A stretch of 24,000 nucleotides of DNA from Erysipelotrichaceae bacterium (GTDB lineage: Bacteria > Bacillota_I > Bacilli_A > Erysipelotrichales > Erysipelotrichaceae). Below the pieces are notes generated by a model. The model saw nothing but the letters and a program-made list of their open reading frames with translations, was not told where the DNA came from and ran no database searches. Below, piece after piece: positions 1 to 6,445 of this stretch (its first letter is position 1; each line of letters begins with the position of its first letter). Made by a program: the position numbers and the translations under genes. The DNA lies in assembly GCA_051893335.1 (NCBI GenBank), contig JBJFHD010000084.1:16001-40000 (forward strand), in the 5' to 3' direction.

Positions 1-2255
1 TACCAGGTATTTATTCTTTATCTCCTTATACTTTAGAAGAAGTAGTGGCAAGAAATTATTTAATTGATGAAAGACCTAATGCCATCTTGAATATTGTTGA
101 TGGTACCAATTTGGAAAGAAACCTCTACTTAACAACTCAGCTGACTGAATTAGGCATACCTGTAGTTGTAGCAATTAATATGATGGACGTTGTTGAGAAA
201 AACGGCGATAAAATCAATACAGAACAGCTTTCAAGAGAACTCGGTTGCAAGATAGTGGAAATCTCAGCTTTGAAAGGTACCGGTATAATGGAAGCTGCTG
301 AAGCAGCAATTGATGCAGCCAAAAACTGCAAAACAGTTCCGATGCATACTTTCTCAGGTACTGTTGAACATGCCTTGGCTCATATTGAAGAAGCTACAGT
401 CCATAATCTGCCTGAAGAGCAGCAACGCTGGTATGCGATAAAGATTTTTGAACGTGATGAAAAAGTGCTTGAACAATTGAAATTGGATGAAGCAACTTTA
501 CAGCATGTTGAAAAGGATATTCAAGCCGTAGAAGAACAGCTGGATGATGATGCTGAATCGATTATCACAAATGAACGCTATGTTTATATTGGCAAGATAA
601 TCAAAAACTGTTACAAGAAGAAAACTGCTGGCAAACTTTCAACTTCTGATAAGATTGACAAGGTTGTTACCAATCGATTTGCAGCCCTTCCAATCTTTGC
701 ACTTGTAATGTTTTTGGTTTATTACATTTCCGTTTCAACGGTTGGTGATATAGCTACAACATGGGCCAATGACGGTGTCTTTGGCGATGGCTGGCATTTG
801 TTCGGCATTGGCAGTACACAATACGAAGAAGCGATGACTGATTATGCCAAAGAGAACGTTTGGATAGATGAAATGATCTTAATTGTTGATGATGCTGTTG
901 AAAACGGCGTTATCGGGGCAGATCAAATACAGTCGGCAATTGCCGAGGAAGACTTTGAAGCATTCGATGAGGCTTACGGTTTGTATGGTGATTCTTTAGC
1001 GGAGGAAGGCTATGATATTTCCGCTATTTATGAAGCAGCCTTATCAGAAGATGCTGAAGGAGTACCTGATCCTTCTGAATACGGAATTTGGATTGTCGGT
1101 ATACCTGTTTTAGCTGAAAATGCTCTTGAAGCAATCAATACACCAGAATGGCTTAACAGTTTGATTATTGACGGTATTATCGGTGGTGTCGGTGCAGTTT
1201 TAGGCTTTGTGCCACAAATGCTTGTCTTGTTTATTATGCTTGCCTTCCTAGAGTCTTGTGGCTATATGGCACGTATCGCCTTTGTACTTGACAGAATTTT
1301 CCGTAAATTCGGTCTGTCAGGCAAATCATTTATTCCAATGCTGATCGGTACTGGTTGTGGGGTTCCAGGAATTATGGCATCAAGAACTATTGAAAATCAG
1401 CGTGACAGAAGAATGACAATTATGACTACTACTTTTATCCCTTGTGGCGCTAAACTTCCGATTATCGCTTTGGTTGCTTCGGCATTGTTTAACGGAGCAT
1501 GGTGGGTTGCCCCGAGCGCTTACTTCATCGGTATAGCTGCAATTATCATTTCCGGTATTATGCTCAAGAAAACCAAGATGTTTGCCGGTGACCCAGCTCC
1601 GTTTGTTATGGAACTTCCGGCATATCACTGGCCGACTGTCGGTAATGTATTACGCTCAATGTGGGAACGTGCCTGGTCGTTTATTAAAAAAGCCGGAACA
1701 ATTATTCTGCTTTCTTCAATCGTGATTTGGGCCGGTTCTTGCTTCGGCATGGTTGATGGCGGATTTGCTTTCAGCACTGAAATGGAACTTGAAAACAGTG
1801 TTCTAGGTATGCTGGGCAATGCACTTTGCTGGGTTTTCGCTCCACTTGGTTTTGGCAATATCAAGGCAACAGTAGCGACTATTATGGGACTTGTTGCCAA
1901 AGAAGAGGTTGTTGGAGTCTTCGGTGTACTTGATTTTGAAGGAATGTCACAGCTTGCTGCTTATTCTTTCCTGGTATTCAACCTGTTATGTGCACCTTGC
2001 TTTGCGGCAATCGGTGCTATCAAGCGTGAAATGAACAGCGCAAAATGGACTTGGTTCGCAATCGGTTATCAGTGTGTATTTGCTTATGCGGTTTCATTGA
2101 TGATTTACCAGTTCGGTTGTGCAATTGCTAATGAAATACATGTTTGGGGTTTATTAGCTGGTGTTATTGTGTTAGCATTTATGGTATATATGCTGTTCAT
2201 CAAGAAATATTCTGAAGCTACAAAGCTTACAGAAAGTGTCAAGGTAACAAAATAA
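1..2255 (+). CDS. feoB: Ferrous iron transporter FeoB, 5'-truncated by the window edge. The frame is open from nt 3, so the GTG at 45 in the ORF track is internal.
   Basis: From nt 3 the frame reads PGIYSLSPYTLEEVVARNYL, the G3/switch II region of the FeoB GTPase. G4-like AINMMD and G5-like SALKG follow. Then come a helical domain and a polytopic membrane domain containing the conserved FLESCGYMARIAFVLDRIFRKFGLSGKSFIPMLIGTGCGVPGIMA segment. Stop TAA at 2253-2255. Confidence 0.95.
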   Translation, partial: PGIYSLSPYTLEEVVARNYLIDERPNAILNIVDGTNLERNLYLTTQLTELGIPVVVAINMMDVVEKNGDKINTEQLSRELGCKIVEISALKGTGIMEAAEAAIDAAKNCKTVPMHTFSGTVEHALAHIEEATVHNLPEEQQRWYAIKIFERDEKVLEQLKLDEATLQHVEKDIQAVEEQLDDDAESIITNERYVYIGKIIKNCYKKKTAGKLSTSDKIDKVVTNRFAALPIFALVMFLVYYISVSTVGDIATTWANDGVFGDGWHLFGIGSTQYEEAMTDYAKENVWIDEMILIVDDAVENGVIGADQIQSAIAEEDFEAFDEAYGLYGDSLAEEGYDISAIYEAALSEDAEGVPDPSEYGIWIVGIPVLAENALEAINTPEWLNSLIIDGIIGGVGAVLGFVPQMLVLFIMLAFLESCGYMARIAFVLDRIFRKFGLSGKSFIPMLIGTGCGVPGIMASRTIENQRDRRMTIMTTTFIPCGAKLPIIALVASALFNGAWWVAPSAYFIGIAAIIISGIMLKKTKMFAGDPAPFVMELPAYHWPTVGNVLRSMWERAWSFIKKAGTIILLSSIVIWAGSCFGMVDGGFAFSTEMELENSVLGMLGNALCWVFAPLGFGNIKATVATIMGLVAKEEVVGVFGVLDFEGMSQLAAYSFLVFNLLCAPCFAAIGAIKREMNSAKWTWFAIGYQCVFAYAVSLMIYQFGCAIANEIHVWGLLAGVIVLAFMVYMLFIKKYSEATKLTESVKVTK

Positions 2256-2280
2256 AGTCGTTTAGACAGGAGGTTAGATT

Positions 2281-2457
2281 ATGCTGATTTGGTTAAAAGA
2301 AAATTTGGCAACAATAATTATCTGCGCAATCTTGATTGTAATTGTTGTTTCAATTATAAGAAATTTAATTAACAATAAGAAAAAAGGCATATCTAGTTGC
2401 GGGTGCGGTTGCTCAAATTGTCCAATGAGTGATTGCTGTCATTCAGGAAAAAATTAG
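2281..2457 (+). CDS. FeoB-associated Cys-rich small membrane protein (58 aa), not in the supplied ORF track
   Basis: ATG at 2281 lies 7 nt after AGGAGG (2268-2273). Translation is MLIWLKENLATIIICAILIVIVVSIIRNLINNKKKGISSCGCGCSNCPMSDCCHSGKN: one N-terminal TM helix, a basic stretch, then a tail with 6 Cys. Its position directly after feoB matches the known FeoB-associated Cys-rich peptide family. TAG at 2455-2457. Confidence 0.8.
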   Translation: MLIWLKENLATIIICAILIVIVVSIIRNLINNKKKGISSCGCGCSNCPMSDCCHSGKN

Positions 2458-2460
2458 TAA

Positions 2461-2499
2461 AAAAAGGGATCTTCAATAATGATAGGAAGACCCTTTTTT
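2461..2499. terminator. Bidirectional rho-independent terminator between the convergent feoB operon and the helicase gene
   Basis: Stem GGG(A)TCTTC 2466-2474 pairs with GAAGACCC 2486-2493 (8 bp, one bulged A) around an 11-nt loop. An A5 run (2461-2465) lies upstream and a T6 run (2494-2499) downstream, so a U-tract follows the hairpin on either strand. Confidence 0.75.
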
Positions 2500-5400
2500 A
2501 ATTAGGTTTAGATAAATCGGTTAAAGCTTCTTTCAAATTTAATAAGTCTTTTTCGCTGAGGTATTGCTGGTAGCTATTTCCGGCATAATTAGGTTTTAGG
2601 GCTTGATAATTTTTGTGGTTTGCCAAAGATATCAGTTTTTTGTCCACCAACCACTGAATAATAAATGATAGTTCCTCGGCATCAAAATCGCTCAGTCTAG
2701 CAAATAGAGGCTGACTGGTTAATTTGTAGGTAAGAACTGATTTGCTGTGGCTACCTAATAGGACATCACATAACACTTCTTTAATATAGAAATGCTTTTC
2801 GCTAATATCATTTAATGCTTGTAAAATAATGTGAATAATGTCATTTAAGTCCATTTCATTATACATTACAGGATTGAAATCAGCTTTTGAAACGAAAACT
2901 CTTTTGGTAGTGCTGCTTTGTGAAAAAGTTTGCCACTGTTCTTTATCTTTAAGGTTTACTGCCAATGGAATAATATTATTACAACCGGTATTATCTTTTT
3001 TATAATTTGTACACCCTAATAACAAGTTTTTACCAGGCTTGATAATTAAATAGCCATCTTTGCATTTGTCACATTTTTGAATAGAAACATCACCGGCACT
3101 TAAATCGTTACTCATAAAACTACAGAGCTCCGGTTCGTTAGTACATAAATATAGTTTGAGACCATAAGAATTTTTATAACGATACTGAAGCGGATAACCG
3201 CAAACTGGACAGGTATTTCTATTTTGTGATTTATTCAATTGAGAATTAATTGGGCCAATGACCGTTACATTGTCCTTATAATCGTTCATTATCTCTATCA
3301 AAAACTCTGATGGGTTGTTTTGAGGAGCAACCATATAAACCCGGTTTTTAGTTCTTGTCATTGAAACATAAAACAATCTTCTTTCTTCCGCGTAATCAAT
3401 AGAACGATCAGCCTTGATAACAAAAGATAAAATCGGATCATCTTCTATTTTTGAAGGGAAACCATAAGTTTCATTACGGCAGTTGATTAAAATGACATCA
3501 TCAAAACCTAGCCCTTTGCTAGTGTGAACTGTTAGAAATCTAATTTTTAAAAAGGGGTATTTATTGGATGTGATTTTGCTTGTTTTGCTATCGTATTCAA
3601 ATAGTCCGGTTCTTTCCAATTGATAGCCATCAAAACCATAGCGTCCAAGAACCAAAACAGAAGAGTTTAGCTCTTTTCCTTGATTTTTACGATTTTCAAC
3701 AATATGATCTAATGCTTCTTCAACGCAACGGCTAACTGAATAATTAACTCCGCTTCGATAATCTCCTTTTTGGTATTTCTTTGAGTTGTCATAAGTATAG
3801 ATAATCACCGGATTATCAATTCTTTTTGGAGAAATTAATTCTTTTGGAATTTGCTGTTTGTTCTTTTGAACGAAATTACCGGCAATATCAATTATTTCTT
3901 GAGAATTTCGATAAGTATTGACGATTTTGTAAAGCTTACCGTCACCTAAAGTTTCTTTAAATTTTGTGAATAATGAAATGTCCGAGCCGCTGAAAGCATA
4001 TATTGATTGGAAGTCATCACCTACGGCTATAAATTTACTGTCCGTAACTTCAAATAAAGCTTTGACTAGATTAAACCTTTGTTTAGAAATATCTTGATAT
4101 TCATCGACAATGATGTAATTGAAGTCTAATTTTGTTTTCATTTCCTTGACTTCGTTAAGTATTTTAGCTGACTGGTTAATTAAATCTTCAAAATCAACAG
4201 CATTATTCTGCTTTAAATAATTTTGATAATGAAGATAACACTGTTGGCAAATATTCAAGAATAATTTGCTTCTAACATTCGTGGTACTATGATACATCCG
4301 ATCAAACTCTTCAGATTCATATCCGTTGACTTTAAAATTGCTGATAAACCGGCACAGTAAACTAATTATTTTTTTCGTATAACGGTTTTCTTGATCAGAC
4401 ATTAATTTATTCATTACTTCTTGATTGCTTCGAGGATTAAGTTGAAAACCGTTTGATATTAACTGTTCTTTCAAATGAACGAGTAACTCTTTGTTATCAT
4501 TATAGTTGGAAAAAGTATAAATCAGTTTCGTGCCGTGTTCCTTATGAAGCTTGATTTTGTCGCTGATAGCCTTTTTATATTGCTGGAGTTGTTTTGAAGT
4601 ATATAAGGAATTCTTTCCGTTTTGATCAATGCCAAAATGCTCAATATAAGCAATGTTGTTTTGTTGAGTAATAATAAAATCCGGAGTATAAGGCTTTTTG
4701 GCATAAAGGATATTATAAGGGTAGATTGGCTCATACTTGTAGTCAATGTTATTCATATATAAGAAATTTGCTATCTCGACTTCCTGCTGCGAGCGCAACA
4801 CTTCATTTTGGATAGTGATTGATTTTCTGGTCTTTGAATCGATTATATCCTGTTTGAATTCATTAAAATCACTTTTTAGAGTGGAAAAATTGGATTTTGA
4901 AAGTTTATTGAGTAAACTTGCTAAATCTTCTTCCCTTCCGTTAGTATCGAAGTAAGATGAAAAAAACAAAACTAAATTATTGACCAGTTTTTCATCAGTT
5001 AGGATGGAAGACTTGAAGTAGTCTTGGAGGATGAAATAAAGTTTACTGTTATCAACAATCTGCATTTTTTCATCAGTTTGTTTATGGATAATGGCATTCC
5101 CTGTTGAATGAAAGGTTGCTATAGGGCAATCAATTTTTAAACGGCGATTAATTCTTTCTTTTAATTCATCAACAGCTTTATTGGTAAAGGAAATAACTAA
5201 AATTGTCGAAGGGTCAACATGTTTTTTATCGACTAAATATTTTACTTTAGCACTAATAGTGGTGGTTTTTCCGGCGCCTGCTCCGGCAACAATTAAACTG
5301 TAATCATCATCAGATATGACAATTTTTCTCTGATTGTCATCCAGTTTGATAGCCGGGTCAACATCATAAAGAATATTATCGAGATAGTTTTTCTCTTCGA

Positions 5401-5725
5401 TTAGTTTTTGCTGAATGTATTTCTCGTTGCATTCATCGATAATGTTATCAATGTTTTTGTAGTCATCAATAACGGATTTTACCGTTTTCAAAGACATGTT
5501 ATTCTTTTTGCAGTAATCTGATAATAAGTTTGAGCTATTGATTATGGCTAAATTATCGATTAATTCTTTATAGTTGGATAAGCTATTTTTGATTTGTTTA
5601 CTTGACAGGTAATTGTTGCATGTTTTTACCTCACTTAAAAGTTCAGACAATTGAAGTATCTGATTTCGATTAGTGTCAGTAGTGTTACTTTTTTCACCTT
5701 TAAAGAAATTGGAAACAAAGCTCAT
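2498..5725 (-). CDS. Multidomain SF1 DNA helicase (UvrD/Rep/helicase IV-like) with a restriction-endonuclease-like insert, two topoisomerase-type C4 zinc ribbons and a C-terminal RQC-like winged helix
   Basis: Walker A VAGAGAGKTT (nt 5261-5290). Motif II IIVDEYQD (nt 4091-4108). AVGDDFQSIYAFSG, TYRNS, VHTSKGLGFDDV and motif VI ERRLFYVSMTRTKNRVY are all present. An insert between motifs Ia and II reads EVEIANFLYMNNIDYKYEPIY..YTPDFIITQQNNIAYIEHFG (nt ~4628-4789), a Vsr/DUF559/DUF2726-like pattern. CPVC..C..C and CDKC..C..C lie at nt 2978-3211. The tail DVLLGSHSKSVL..LFARLSDFDAEELSFIIQWLVDKKLISL resembles the RecQ RQC winged helix. RBS AAGGGG lies 6 nt before the ATG (complement of 5723-5725). 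Confidence 0.9.
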   Translation of the reverse strand: MSFVSNFFKGEKSNTTDTNRNQILQLSELLSEVKTCNNYLSSKQIKNSLSNYKELIDNLAIINSSNLLSDYCKKNNMSLKTVKSVIDDYKNIDNIIDECNEKYIQQKLIEEKNYLDNILYDVDPAIKLDDNQRKIVISDDDYSLIVAGAGAGKTTTISAKVKYLVDKKHVDPSTILVISFTNKAVDELKERINRRLKIDCPIATFHSTGNAIIHKQTDEKMQIVDNSKLYFILQDYFKSSILTDEKLVNNLVLFFSSYFDTNGREEDLASLLNKLSKSNFSTLKSDFNEFKQDIIDSKTRKSITIQNEVLRSQQEVEIANFLYMNNIDYKYEPIYPYNILYAKKPYTPDFIITQQNNIAYIEHFGIDQNGKNSLYTSKQLQQYKKAISDKIKLHKEHGTKLIYTFSNYNDNKELLVHLKEQLISNGFQLNPRSNQEVMNKLMSDQENRYTKKIISLLCRFISNFKVNGYESEEFDRMYHSTTNVRSKLFLNICQQCYLHYQNYLKQNNAVDFEDLINQSAKILNEVKEMKTKLDFNYIIVDEYQDISKQRFNLVKALFEVTDSKFIAVGDDFQSIYAFSGSDISLFTKFKETLGDGKLYKIVNTYRNSQEIIDIAGNFVQKNKQQIPKELISPKRIDNPVIIYTYDNSKKYQKGDYRSGVNYSVSRCVEEALDHIVENRKNQGKELNSSVLVLGRYGFDGYQLERTGLFEYDSKTSKITSNKYPFLKIRFLTVHTSKGLGFDDVILINCRNETYGFPSKIEDDPILSFVIKADRSIDYAEERRLFYVSMTRTKNRVYMVAPQNNPSEFLIEIMNDYKDNVTVIGPINSQLNKSQNRNTCPVCGYPLQYRYKNSYGLKLYLCTNEPELCSFMSNDLSAGDVSIQKCDKCKDGYLIIKPGKNLLLGCTNYKKDNTGCNNIIPLAVNLKDKEQWQTFSQSSTTKRVFVSKADFNPVMYNEMDLNDIIHIILQALNDISEKHFYIKEVLCDVLLGSHSKSVLTYKLTSQPLFARLSDFDAEELSFIIQWLVDKKLISLANHKNYQALKPNYAGNSYQQYLSEKDLLNLKEALTDLSKPN

Positions 5726-5783
5726 TGGTTACCCCTTTTTATTACCATAATTGTTTCACAAAAGTATCAATTTGACAAGATTT

Positions 5784-5797
5784 TGCTTGAGCAAGCA
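5784..5797. promoter_or_regulatory. Perfect 6-bp inverted repeat TGCTTG-AG-CAAGCA in the helicase/XRE divergent intergenic region; candidate operator
   Basis: TGCTTG (5784-5789) and CAAGCA (5792-5797) are exact reverse complements. The repeat sits 6 nt downstream of a TTGACA hexamer (5772-5777) and 63 nt upstream of the XRE start codon. I could not pair that hexamer with a convincing -10 element. Confidence 0.3.
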
Positions 5798-5859
5798 TGC
5801 CTTTCTTGCCAATCTTGGCTTATTCAGTTATTTTATAGGAGTAGATTGAGAGGTAACAA

Positions 5860-6321
5860 ATGAACTTCGGTGAAGAAATAAAAAAGATTAGGGAGGCCAA
5901 TGGGCTGACTCAACAACAGTTTGCGGACAAACTAAATGTAACAAGGCAGGCAATATCCAACTGGGAAAACAACAAGAATTTACCGGATATTGAAATGCTG
6001 ATAAGCATAGCAGACAAATTTGATTTGTCTTTGGATCAATTATTAATGAAAGATGGAGATGATAACATGAAAACAAAAATCATTAAAGACGGAAGTGAAA
6101 CATTGAGAGCTAAATATAATATGGTGACAACCTTAATCGGTTCATTTCTGTTAGTGATGGGAGCGTTTTGTTTCTTTGTGAAAGCCGCTTCGGTAGAGTA
6201 TATTGATGAACAGGGATTTTTGCATGAGAATTTCTTTTTAATCCCGATTGGCTATTTATTGCTTTTATCAGGAATAATTGTGTTGTTGATACAATTATTT
6301 AAGAATATTAGAAAAAAATAG
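5860..6321 (+). CDS. Membrane-tethered XRE-family (HTH_3) transcriptional regulator with two C-terminal TM helices
   Basis: The N-terminus IKKIREANGLTQQQFADKLNVTRQAISNWENNKNLPDIEMLISIADKFDLSLDQLL is a canonical Cro/C1-type HTH. Hydrophobic helices lie at aa ~88-107 (VTTLIGSFLLVMGAFCFFV) and ~124-147 (FFLIPIGYLLLLSGIIVLLIQLF). RBS GAGAGG at 5848-5853. Confidence 0.9.
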   Translation: MNFGEEIKKIREANGLTQQQFADKLNVTRQAISNWENNKNLPDIEMLISIADKFDLSLDQLLMKDGDDNMKTKIIKDGSETLRAKYNMVTTLIGSFLLVMGAFCFFVKAASVEYIDEQGFLHENFFLIPIGYLLLLSGIIVLLIQLFKNIRKK

Positions 6322-6445
6322 TAAATTTTTAGTTATTTAGAAAAGAAAAGTAATACTTTCGCTTCGCTTTGTGATATTATTATTTCGTGTCAATATCTTT
6401 TTTGCGTGGGTTTACGCAAATAGTAAAAGAAATGGGGGCGAAACT

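Noticed and set aside
2498-5725. Assigning the helicase to a named defence system (Gabija GajB, Nhi, Hachiman and so on).
   Set aside because: No partner genes (for example a GajA-like ATPase-nuclease) are adjacent. The domain layout does not match my recollection of those systems. No search could be run, so only a generic hypothesis is justified.
2461-5860. The AT-rich helicase gene as part of a mobile genetic element or genomic island.
   Set aside because: I found no integrase, transposase or recombinase gene, no flanking direct or inverted repeats and no tRNA attachment site. The compositional difference comes from a few hand-counted lines only. It is kept as a possibility under findings, not called as a mobile element.
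5651-5863. 70-aa ORF on the plus strand spanning the helicase start, the divergent intergenic region and the XRE start codon.
   Set aside because: It runs antisense through the helicase N-terminus and across the promoter/operator region, has no RBS and has no recognisable motifs. It is not compatible with the well-supported flanking genes.
6371-6445. GTG-initiated 25-codon N-terminal extension of the adhesin ORF (MILLFRVNIFFAWVYANSKRNGGET).
   Set aside because: The ATG at 6446 is followed immediately by a textbook signal peptide, which the extension would bury. The region more plausibly holds promoter and 5' UTR sequence.
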